Of a stretch of 8,247 bases of DNA, positions 1 through 6,984 are shown piece after piece (the first letter of the stretch is position 1; each line of letters starts with the position of its first letter). Location of the stretch: the IMG/VR virus record IMGVR_UViG_2740892270_000011; one strand, 5' to 3'. The notes beneath the pieces were generated by a model, which was not told the origin of the DNA, ran no database searches, and saw only the letters and a list, made by a program, of their open reading frames with translations. A program made the translations under genes and the position numbers. The stretch is from a virus. Its lineage: Duplodnaviria; Heunggongvirae; Uroviricota; Caudoviricetes.

Positions 1-61
1 CATCAGATGGCTGCTTAAAAAAAGAACAAATGGTAGTGTCCGCTATTGCCAGTACACCTCA
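1..61. repeat. Left arm of a perfect 61-bp inverted repeat (partner 8150..8210); abuts the window edge so may extend further left
   Basis: Reverse complement of 1..61 equals 8150..8210 at 61/61 positions; identity breaks at 62 versus 8149. Confidence 0.9.
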
Positions 62-203
62 GGGTATAAGGGGTTATGGCCACCGGACTACCAAACGGCT
101 GCCAGCCCTCTTTCAGTTTATGTGTCAGCTTTTCCGCAAGATCTGACGGCGGCGCCGCCCTGACAACATCATAGTGTTTAAATGCCATGGTTCTTTCCAC
201 CAT
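15..203 (-). CDS. Small late-region phage protein, 57-62 aa, resembling the DUF1737-type proteins found just upstream of lysis genes; start is ATG at 203 or more likely ATG at 188
   Basis: Open frame with TAA at 15..17. Sequence MAFKHYDVVRAAPPSDLAEKLTHKLKEGWQPFGSPVAI fits the DUF1737 pattern as recalled (Y.VV...LE..L.EGW.P.GSP); not verified. Weak SD-like GGTGGAAAG precedes the ATG at 188. The last 14 codons and stop lie inside the inverted repeat. Confidence 0.5.
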   Translation of the reverse strand: MVERTMAFKHYDVVRAAPPSDLAEKLTHKLKEGWQPFGSPVAITPYTLRCTGNSGHYHLFFF

Positions 204-448
204 CTGAAAAATAATTCTTTAAAATACCTGACATGTAATACAGAAAAAACACAAAACCATACCTTAAATAAAAACCTGATTATCAAGCAGATATGCATGG
301 ATAAACTACAAGACGAGATATAAACCACCCTGCATTTAAATAAACAATAAACAACATCAGAAAAATAATTCTGCTCTATGGTTTACATTCAAAAATATCA
401 TTTATACTTTTCAGAACATCACCAGCAAGGCATAAACAAGGAAACTAA

Positions 449-784
449 ATGAAGTGGATTGTGATTGATACAGTTATCCAGCCATCATGCGGAATATCTT
501 TTTCAGTCATATGGAGTAAAATAAAATTAATAATCTGGTATCAATCGGATGCTTTCTTACCTCCTGAAAGTATATTTACACTGACTCACACAGGCATCAT
601 GCTCAATAACAAAGTGCTACCTGTAACCATTTACAACGTAGTACCATTCAATAAAACATTCTGGAATTCAATCAAAAATAGCCAGGAATGCCCTACAAAT
701 ACAGATAACGTATTGAATGAATGCTTTAATAACCGTTGCACTCTGCAAATATGTCCTTATGGACTAAAACAACAAAGTCCATAA
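449..784 (+). CDS. Hypothetical 111-aa protein in an AT-rich island, with a C-terminal Cys pattern C-x10-C-x4-C-x4-C; no family recognised
   Basis: SD AAGGAAA (438..444) lies 4-6 nt before ATG 449. A 111-codon open frame is unusual in DNA this AT-rich. Opposite strand to the late operon. Confidence 0.4.
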   Translation: MKWIVIDTVIQPSCGISFSVIWSKIKLIIWYQSDAFLPPESIFTLTHTGIMLNNKVLPVTIYNVVPFNKTFWNSIKNSQECPTNTDNVLNECFNNRCTLQICPYGLKQQSP

Positions 785-787
785 GGA
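754..787. repeat. 12-bp perfect inverted repeat (tccttatggact / agtccataagga) with a 10-nt spacer, spanning the last codons and stop of ORF 449..784
   Basis: Direct reading: 754..765 is the reverse complement of 776..787. Confidence 0.7.
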
Positions 788-804
788 GTTTACTCACATC
801 TGAC

Positions 805-840
805 AAAATCAATATAAACAGCCCCTCCGGAGAGGGGCTG
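805..840 (-). terminator. Candidate intrinsic terminator for minus-strand transcripts (9-bp GC-rich stem, 4-nt loop, then a T-rich tract)
   Basis: Stem cagcccctc (819..827) pairs with gaggggctg (832..840). On the minus strand it is followed by TTTATATTGATTTT. Confidence 0.35.
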
Positions 841-1079
841 GAGAGTGGCGCTATGTGCCATTGCATGGTGCCGGGTGCCTCCCGGTGAATTCAGTACCAG
901 CACCTGAATCCGCGATTATCCCATATACCTACTCGCTGATTGCCCCTCCGCACAGGGGGATTCACCATGCCAGTTTCTTTTAACAAACTCCCCGCAAAAC
1001 AGACAACTGTCAACCGTCTGAATTGTGAAGTATTTAAAAATTTCTCCCGCTAACTGATACCCGGCTAACAGTCTGGCGT

Positions 1080-1329
1080 NNNNNNNNNNNNNNNNNNNNN
1101 NNNNNNNNNNNNNNNNNNNNNNNNNNNNNNNNNNNNNNNNNNNNNNNNNNNNNNNNNNNNNNNNNNNNNNNNNNNNNNNNNNNNNNNNNNNNNNNNNNNN
1201 NNNNNNNNNNNNNNNNNNNNNNNNNNNNNNNNNNNNNNNNNNNNNNNNNNNNNNNNNNNNNNNNNNNNNNNNNNNNNNNNNNNNNNNNNNNNNNNNNNNN
1301 NNNNNNNNNNNNNNNNNNNNNNNNNNNNN
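1080..1329. other. Run of 250 N (masked or unsequenced); hides the 3' part of the ileZ-like tRNA
   Basis: Literal n characters. Confidence 1.
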
Positions 1330-1382
1330 CCAGCGACCTGGCGATTATGAGTCGCTCGCTCTCACCACTGAGCTAAAGGGCC
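1330..1382 (-). tRNA. Partial tRNA (5' 53 nt visible, 3' part inside the N block), ileZ-like tRNA-Ile2/Met type with anticodon CAU
   Basis: Minus-strand sequence GGCCCTTTAGCTCAGTGGTGAGAGCGAGCGACTCATAATCGCCAGGTCGCTGG shows acceptor, D-arm, and anticodon loop CTCATAA (CAU). It closely resembles E. coli tRNA-Ile2 as recalled. Confidence 0.6.
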
Positions 1383-1422
1383 GGGAGCCGCATAATAACG
1401 ACGCGTAATTAATTCTTCAATA

Positions 1423-2481
1423 TCATCCGTTCTGGCTGACTAAATCCTGTACTTCCCGAACCGTCTGCTCAAAACGTTCAGTCTCCAGCTCAACGCCAAT
1501 TGCACGACGCCCGAGCGCCAGTGCCGCTTTCACTGTCGAACCCAACCCCATGAAAAAATCTGCAATCAGGTCACCCGGACGACTGCTAGCGCTGATTATC
1601 TGCTGCAGCATTTCTGCCGGTTTTTCGCACGGATGTTTCCCGGGATAGAACTGCACCGGTTTATGCGTCCACACATCGGTATACGGCACCTGCACCGTCA
1701 CGCCAAAATACCGCCGCAGATGTTTATATTCACTCAGCAGCTCCGCATACTGCCGGTTCAGTGAGGTATACGTATCCACCAGCTGGTGGTGGAGCTTTTC
1801 CAGTTCACCACGCCGATGCTTCTCTTCTGCCACCCGGGCAAACAGCGCCTGTAATTTCAGATAATCGCTTTCATTCGGCAACTGCCACTGACCGGCACTG
1901 AACCAGTGCGACACCATGTTTTTCTTTCCTGTGGCATCTGCAATCTGTTTTGCCGTTATCCCCAGGGCAGCTCGCGCATCACGAAAGTAAGAAATCAGCG
2001 GGGCCATCACATGCTGTTTCAGTGCACTGCCCTTCGCCGCATACCCGGCATCTTTCGGACGATACGGCCCCTGATAATGTTCCGCGAACAGAATGCGCTC
2101 TGTGGCGGGGAAATACGCCCGCAGGCTTTCCTTGTTGCATCCGTTCCAGCGTCCGGACGGCTTCGCCCAGATAATATGGTTCAGCACACTGAAGCGTTCA
2201 CGCATCATGATTTCGATATCAGATGCCAGGCGATGACCACAGAACAGGTAAAGACTTCCGGCAGGTTTCAGCACCCGCCAGAACTGCGCCAGACACTGGT
2301 CCAGCCACTTCAGGTAATCATCGTCGCCCTTCCACTGGTTATCCCAGCCCTCAGGCTTCACTTTAAAGTACGGCGGGTCCGTGACTATCAGGTCAACAGA
2401 ATTTTCGGGTAACGACCGGATAAATTCCAGGCAGTCGGCGTTGATTAACTCACAACTGGATATTTTTACAGTATTAAGCAT
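1423..2481 (-). CDS. DNA N6-adenine/N4-cytosine methyltransferase, beta-class order (DPPY motif before the AdoMet FxGxG motif), 352 aa; prophage cargo
   Basis: LIVTDPPYF near the N-terminus and DFFMGLGST near the C-terminus. A central segment (ITAKQIADATGKKNMVSHWF) looks like a helix-turn-helix insert. Full-length open frame. Confidence 0.9.
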   Translation of the reverse strand: MLNTVKISSCELINADCLEFIRSLPENSVDLIVTDPPYFKVKPEGWDNQWKGDDDYLKWLDQCLAQFWRVLKPAGSLYLFCGHRLASDIEIMMRERFSVLNHIIWAKPSGRWNGCNKESLRAYFPATERILFAEHYQGPYRPKDAGYAAKGSALKQHVMAPLISYFRDARAALGITAKQIADATGKKNMVSHWFSAGQWQLPNESDYLKLQALFARVAEEKHRRGELEKLHHQLVDTYTSLNRQYAELLSEYKHLRRYFGVTVQVPYTDVWTHKPVQFYPGKHPCEKPAEMLQQIISASSRPGDLIADFFMGLGSTVKAALALGRRAIGVELETERFEQTVREVQDLVSQNG

Positions 2482-2490
2482 GGATCATTA

Positions 2491-2600
2491 AGCCTGTCTC
2501 TGATAGGCTCATTCTGCTTTTGCGCAAAGCAGTGGGCCTGAGGTTTGCTTGTGAACCCAACGCATGAGCAGATGGCTGGTGGGTGCCCCTAACACCCACC
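2491..2600. promoter_or_regulatory. Cluster of three palindromes in the 5' leader of the methyltransferase gene; candidate operator or RNA structure
   Basis: agcct..aggct (2491..2509); near-perfect 19-nt palindrome ctgctttTGCGCAaagcag (2514..2532); 8-bp stem ggtgggtg / cacccacc (2578..2600). None is followed by a U tract. Confidence 0.35.
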
Positions 2601-2608
2601 AGCCGCCC

Positions 2609-2872
2609 NNNNNNNNNNNNNNNNNNNNNNNNNNNNNNNNNNNNNNNNNNNNNNNNNNNNNNNNNNNNNNNNNNNNNNNNNNNNNNNNNNNNNNNNNNNN
2701 NNNNNNNNNNNNNNNNNNNNNNNNNNNNNNNNNNNNNNNNNNNNNNNNNNNNNNNNNNNNNNNNNNNNNNNNNNNNNNNNNNNNNNNNNNNNNNNNNNNN
2801 NNNNNNNNNNNNNNNNNNNNNNNNNNNNNNNNNNNNNNNNNNNNNNNNNNNNNNNNNNNNNNNNNNNNNNNN
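2609..2872. other. Run of 264 N (masked or unsequenced); hides the 3' end of the unknown cargo gene
   Basis: Literal n characters. Confidence 1.
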
Positions 2873-3146
2873 TGTTGTACTCCTGAACAAGAGCAAATAA
2901 TTCTGAATTAGCAACCATGAACTCATCGCAAACCCTCTGTATAGCATCACTATTCAGAATAATAACGTCTCTTCCCGAAAGACGATCAGGAGTACAGAAC
3001 AAAACTGTCAAACGGCTGAAGGCCTTTGCTCGTGCTGCATTGACTATATCAATACGCTGCCTAAGGATGAAACACCCCGACGCCTCATCAATATTCACTC
3101 TACCCACACCATATGAATGATAAATATTTAATGCTGAAAAAACCAT
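2873..3146 (-). CDS. Hypothetical protein, N-terminal 91+ aa visible with the C-terminus inside the N block; AT-rich; no family recognised
   Basis: Frame open from ATG 3146 (the track extends to a TTG at 3173) down to the N block: MVFSALNIYHSYGVGRVNIDEASG... No convincing SD, so the start is uncertain. Confidence 0.3.
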
Positions 3147-3283
3147 TAGACCGTATAACAAACACTCAATCAATACTTAACAGAACTTTTATTTTTGACA
3201 AACATAAAATATTTTCAACAATATCCTGAGCCAGGTATATTTCAGTATAAGGCTCTGCCGGAAGGAATCTGGAAGAATGAATA

Positions 3284-3360
3284 TGGCGCGCTGTACTGGA
3301 TTCGAACCAGTGACCGATTGCTTAGAAGGCAATTGCTCTGTCCGGCTGAGCTAACAACGC
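3284..3360 (-). tRNA. tRNA-Arg with anticodon UCU (reads AGA), the argO/argN-like rare-codon tRNA typical of lambdoid late regions
   Basis: Minus-strand 77-nt cloverleaf: acceptor GCGTTGT / ACAGCGC, D-arm GCTC..GAGC, anticodon stem ATTGC / GCAAT with loop CTTCTAA, T-arm ACTGG-TTCGAAT-CCAGT, encoded CCA. Confidence 0.85.
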
Positions 3361-3399
3361 TGAATACCGATAATGGACCGCCATCGGGGACCCGCCCCC

Positions 3400-3659
3400 N
3401 NNNNNNNNNNNNNNNNNNNNNNNNNNNNNNNNNNNNNNNNNNNNNNNNNNNNNNNNNNNNNNNNNNNNNNNNNNNNNNNNNNNNNNNNNNNNNNNNNNNN
3501 NNNNNNNNNNNNNNNNNNNNNNNNNNNNNNNNNNNNNNNNNNNNNNNNNNNNNNNNNNNNNNNNNNNNNNNNNNNNNNNNNNNNNNNNNNNNNNNNNNNN
3601 NNNNNNNNNNNNNNNNNNNNNNNNNNNNNNNNNNNNNNNNNNNNNNNNNNNNNNNNNNN
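3400..3659. other. Run of 260 N (masked or unsequenced) between the tR'-like terminator and tRNA-Arg; could hide further tRNAs
   Basis: Literal n characters. Confidence 1.
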
Positions 3660-3730
3660 ATAACTCTTGTCGAAAAAGCCAGCAAGCTGAAAGACAGGTA
3701 TTCACCGCCACCAGCGCGTTTACTGTACTG

Positions 3731-3760
3731 ACGCGATTTCAGTCATAAAAAACCCGCTCG
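3731..3760 (-). terminator. Intrinsic terminator downstream of the Q-like gene (tR'-like position)
   Basis: 7-bp stem aacccgc (3741..3747) / gcgggtt (3754..3760), 6-nt loop; on the minus strand it is followed by TTTTTTAT. Confidence 0.6.
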
Positions 3761-3833
3761 GCGGCGGGTTGTAGAAACTCTTCTAACGTCAGGCATAAAA
3801 CGCCCATCGTTATAACGAATTTACCACAGATTC

Positions 3834-4164
3834 CGGAAAAATCAACCTTGTTACCTAGTTACCTTTTTTANNNNNNNNNNNNNNNNNNNNNNNNNNNNNN
3901 NNNNNNNNNNNNNNNNNNNNNNNNNNNNNNNNNNNNNNNNNNNNNNNNNNNNNNNNNNNNNNNNNNNNNNNNNNNNNNNNNNNNNNNNNNNNNNNNNNNN
4001 NNNNNNNNNNNNNNNNNNNNNNNNNNNNNNNNNNNNNNNNNNNNNNNNNNNNNNNNNNNNNNNNNNNNNNNNNNNNNNNNNNNNNNNNNNNNNNNNNNNN
4101 NNNNNNNNNNNNNNNNNNNNNNNNNNNNNNNNNNCGGAAAAATCAACCTAGTTACCTTTTTTAA
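3834..4164. repeat. Near-identical direct repeat immediately flanking the N block 3871..4134 (copy 1 at 3834..3870, copy 2 at 4135..4164)
   Basis: Both copies read cggaaaaatcaacc-tagttacc-tttttta. Copy 1 carries an extra ttgttacc 8-mer. Copy 2 is in-frame coding sequence of the Q-like gene. Confidence 0.8.
3871..4134. other. Run of 264 N (masked or unsequenced); hides the 3' end of the Q-like gene and any late promoter
   Basis: Literal n characters. Confidence 1.
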
Positions 4165-4965
4165 CTGCCGCTCAGCCCATGCTTCTTCAATATCAAACCG
4201 AGTCACCAGCGCATCATAGAATTTCTTAACTGTTTTTTCCCATGACGCGCGTGTTATCTGGTTTGTCACCTCGCATATAGCATTAAATGCCTCCGTTGAT
4301 GGTAGTCTTTCATAGCCACGACCACCACAACGCTGGCAGTCTCTGATAACAGGCATACCACGTTTTACCGACTCTTCACGATGAATGGCGACACCACGCC
4401 CACGGCAATCCTTACAGGCGGTGGAAACCTCACCCTTTCCGCCACACTCCGGACAGGCAACTTTTACCACCTCCCTGACTTTTTTCCATTCTTCCCAGTA
4501 AGACGGATACACACCTTTCGTACACTTTGCCCATACCGGCGGCTTACCATCCGGATACTGGATCTTGTTTGTAAAAACCTCGCTTTCAATAAATTTTTTT
4601 CCGTGACAGCAGGGGCACTGTTTTTTGCTCGCCGCGCTACGGGCATAATCTTCAAACGCATACGAAGCCATAATACGCATCACTGCCGGTTTTATTTCTG
4701 CCGGGAGTTTTCTTAACGCCGCCACGCGATCACACCGACTGAGTGCATATTCTGTCAGCAATTCTGTTGCCCGCTCTCTGTCATTCATACTAATGCCCAT
4801 TTTCCCAAGGAACGCAGAAACCCCCATCTCAGCCCGATTCTGTGTCATGCCCTGCGCGGCCATCACATCAGTGATACTCAGCGCATCTTTCGACGTTGAG
4901 GCCGATGCATCAGTCAGGCCGGGGGATTTTGGGGAGTAGTATTTCGGTAAATCTTCCAGTTTCAT
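4135..4965 (-). CDS. Q-like late antiterminator with a DnaJ-type zinc-finger module; 277 codons visible, 3' end inside the N block
   Basis: Four CxxCxGxG repeats (CPCCHGKK, CPECGGKG, CKDCRGRG, CQRCGGRG). N-terminus MKLEDLPKYYSPKSP resembles Q proteins of Qin-type prophages as recalled (unverified). Start ATG overlaps the rusA stop (ATGA). Sits in the canonical Q slot between rusA and the terminator/tRNAs. Confidence 0.65.
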
Positions 4966-5253
4966 TTTTTGACCTGCCCTTCAAGCATTATGGGATAAAT
5001 CTTCACCCCCAGACGTCCACCAGATACTGGCTGAGCACGAACGATATTGATTTCATCAAACTGCTCATCGTCCATTAGCAACCCCGCATGCGTCAGCGCA
5101 TCCAGCGGCGCTTTCAGAATATTGTCCAGGTCACGGCGGCGCTTATCCGGTGGTTCTGCAATAATTTTTATTGCCAACCTTCCGGACAGGCTTAATTTCA
5201 GCCGCTGCTGGCGAACAATAAGCGCCACTGCCCGGCGATAACGCTCCCCGGCT
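4962..5253 (-). CDS. rusA: Holliday-junction resolvase RusA; C-terminal 97 aa visible, 5' end inside the N block
   Basis: PDKRRRDLDNILKAPLDALTHAGLLMDDEQ...GGRL matches the RusA catalytic core of E. coli RusA ([30 protein letters not shown], from memory). Stop TGA at 4962..4964. Confidence 0.85.
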
Positions 5254-5503
5254 NNNNNNNNNNNNNNNNNNNNNNNNNNNNNNNNNNNNNNNNNNNNNNN
5301 NNNNNNNNNNNNNNNNNNNNNNNNNNNNNNNNNNNNNNNNNNNNNNNNNNNNNNNNNNNNNNNNNNNNNNNNNNNNNNNNNNNNNNNNNNNNNNNNNNNN
5401 NNNNNNNNNNNNNNNNNNNNNNNNNNNNNNNNNNNNNNNNNNNNNNNNNNNNNNNNNNNNNNNNNNNNNNNNNNNNNNNNNNNNNNNNNNNNNNNNNNNN
5501 NNN
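5254..5503. other. Run of 250 N (masked or unsequenced); hides the rusA start and the end of the DUF968-like gene
   Basis: Literal n characters. Confidence 1.
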
Positions 5504-6407
5504 CAGCCTTTGTTCCCATCCCTCCCAGTCCATGACCAATGATGTGATGCGGATCATCTGCCTGATTGCCACACGTCATGCATTTCTGCGTTTTTACCCA
5601 GCGCGTGTATACAGGCATCTCTTCCCGTTGTGATTTCTGGCGCTGGAGATACTGAGCCGGTGACTCCGGATCAACGGCAATGCTGACCACCGTCTTTTCC
5701 TGTGGTGGGTTCTGTTGCTGGTGGACGTGAGGCAGTAACGCAATATTTTTTGTGCGCTGCTTCAGTATGCTGGTGGCTGTCTGCTCTCCCGGTATGATGT
5801 CGCTTTCACTGTACACAGAGCGAATTTTTTCCGCACGCAACCCCAGCGAACGACGTAATACCGCTTCCGGTAGCGCGTCCGCCACCTGATTGCGGACCGC
5901 CCACCAGGATAATTCAGCCAGAGATAATTCACGCTCCTGCGTACCGCTTATTGCGTGACCGATGACGTCAATCATCCATGCTGACAGGTTTTGATGAGCA
6001 AGTTGCTCGAGTGATTCGGATGTCTGGTCACGCAGCTGGTTGTCGCAGTGCCAGCACAACACCATTGCGCCGGTACCATAACGGTGAATGACGGTTTCGC
6101 TGTGATGATAATCGCCGTGTGGCCACTGGCAGGATTTAATATGGCGCAACAGCCAGTCAGACAATGCACCAGCACCACCAGCAGCACGAATCACCCGTGC
6201 GTTACTGAAAAACGGCAGCAATGTTTTGTCTTCCACCAGCGGCTGGCGAGCGGCAGGAACGACCCCGGACGGCAGATTACGCATGCTTTTTGGTTCCGGC
6301 TCCACCAGTATTCTGCCGTTATGGAATGCTGACATTGATTCACGGCCTGGCTTAACGATAACCAGACCGAGTTCCGGTACCAGAACAGGTCGAAGTAATA
6401 CCCGCAC
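5504..6407 (-). CDS. Lambdoid nin-region protein, DUF968/YdfU-like (family name from memory); 301 codons visible, 3' end inside the N block
   Basis: Long open frame starting at GTG 6407 behind GGAGG. Cys/His cluster CMTCGNQADDPHHIIGHGLGG just before the N block. Position immediately upstream of rusA. Confidence 0.65.
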
Positions 6408-6482
6408 ATTACCTCCAGATCCGTTGCTGGAATGTGCGGGACGGACGCGTTGGCCGTTCGGAGTAAGGGAGCCTGACGGAGA

Positions 6483-6764
6483 TTATCCAGTGACGGTAGT
6501 CGAGGCTAAGGGCTTTTTTAACCTCGCATCCGCGCCTGCGGTAACACTGAATGAGCCATTCGGCCTGTTCTTCAGTGCATGGGGGATGCTGGTACCAATC
6601 AGATTTAAATGCGTGAGAGCGCCGCCCGTGCCTGCTGGCAAAGACGGCTGAATTATCAGAATTGTGTAGTCTGGAAGGCAGTGGCTGACAATAGCGCCAT
6701 TCTCAACGCGCACAGTATAGAGGCCATCTTCACTAAAAATTTCACGTAATTCTTCGATTTTCAT
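6483..6764 (-). CDS. Hypothetical small protein (93 aa) between hok and the DUF968-like gene; C-terminal half is low-complexity and may be frameshifted or over-extended
   Basis: ATG 6764 preceded by GGAAGGA with an 8-nt spacer; N-terminus MKIEELREIFSEDGLYTVRVENG looks protein-like. Confidence 0.4.
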   Translation of the reverse strand: MKIEELREIFSEDGLYTVRVENGAIVSHCLPDYTILIIQPSLPAGTGGALTHLNLIGTSIPHALKNRPNGSFSVTAGADARLKKPLASTTVTG

Positions 6765-6846
6765 CAACAGAATCCTTCCAGATAAATAGCACTCCCCTGT
6801 TCGGGGTCCATCCCTCTTCTCCCTGCGCGCTACTTAAGTATTTTTG

Positions 6847-6876
6847 ATTCTATTCCGGCACCATCTAAAACTTCAA
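6847..6876 (-). promoter_or_regulatory. Candidate sigma70 promoter (TTGAAG, 18-nt spacer, TAGAAT) reading leftward into ORF93, DUF968-like, rusA and Q-like
   Basis: On the minus strand the -35 is at 6871..6876 and the -10 at 6847..6852, immediately downstream of the hok terminator. Confidence 0.35.
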
Positions 6877-6884
6877 ACGCGTTG

Positions 6885-6916
6885 AAAATAAAAACAAAAA
6901 CCCGCCGAAGCGGGTT
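6885..6916 (-). terminator. Intrinsic terminator downstream of hok
   Basis: Stem aacccgc (6899..6905) / gcgggtt (6910..6916) with loop cgaa; on the minus strand it is followed by TTTTTGTTTTTATTTT. Confidence 0.6.
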
Positions 6917-6984
6917 AAGTGTGGGTGCATTGAGGATGCCTGCCCCATCAGAGGTGGCGAGGGATTTCTCCCCCGCCTGGTCTC

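Noticed and set aside
125-328. Minus-strand 67-aa ORF overlapping the DUF1737-like gene in another frame
   Set aside because: Hydrophobic, Cys-rich AT-rich translation with no SD; the overlapping frame has the recognisable protein pattern.
383-408. Possible plus-strand promoter (TTTACA ... TATACT) ahead of ORF 449..784
   Set aside because: The spacer is only about 14-15 nt and the whole region is so AT-rich that promoter-like hexamers occur by chance.
1906-2412. Plus-strand ORFs of 168 aa and 74 aa (1950..2174) antisense to the methyltransferase gene
   Set aside because: They lie entirely inside a confidently assigned CDS on the opposite strand, have no SD, and are Arg/Cys/Pro-rich as expected of antisense frames in GC-neutral coding DNA.
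2917-3120. Plus-strand 67-aa ORF in the AT-rich island opposite the unknown cargo gene
   Set aside because: No SD, basic low-complexity composition, and it overlaps the better minus-strand frame; kept only as a remote alternative.
2873-3360. Possibility that the cargo next to tRNA-Arg is a Shiga toxin operon
   Set aside because: The visible N-terminal 91 aa of the unknown gene do not resemble the StxA signal peptide or mature sequence as I recall it, and the gene is followed by a methyltransferase, not an stxB-sized ORF.
2474-3731. Several track ORFs whose length comes mostly from translating N blocks as X (2474..2950, 2564..2911, 2583..2900, 3195..3731, 3242..3685, 3322..3711, 3373..3663)
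   Set aside because: N cannot encode a stop, so these frames are artefacts of the mask. 3195..3731 also runs straight through the tRNA-Arg gene and the terminator.
3848-4219. Plus-strand 123-aa ORF and the masked 3' tail of the 365-aa Q-like track ORF
   Set aside because: Almost entirely X from the N block. The Q-like CDS is reported only for its visible part (4135..4965).
4381-4716. ORFs inside the Q-like gene (4381..4716 plus, 4464..4661 minus) and at 4896..5078 plus
   Set aside because: Nested in, or antisense to, the motif-supported Q-like and rusA frames; no independent signals.
1080-5503. Whether the five N blocks are themselves a biological signal such as masked repeats or CRISPR spacers
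   Set aside because: Their sizes (250-264 nt) and positions are irregular, and the flanks share no repeat except at 3871..4134. They are treated as missing data, and no CRISPR-like repeat is seen anywhere in the visible sequence.
5198-6651. ORFs 5198..5572, 5972..6187, 6048..6332, 6191..6409 and 6226..6651 overlapping the DUF968-like gene
   Set aside because: Alternative or antisense frames of a long, clearly coding frame. 6191..6409 uses an ATG only 2 nt after the GGAGG that better serves the GTG of the long frame.
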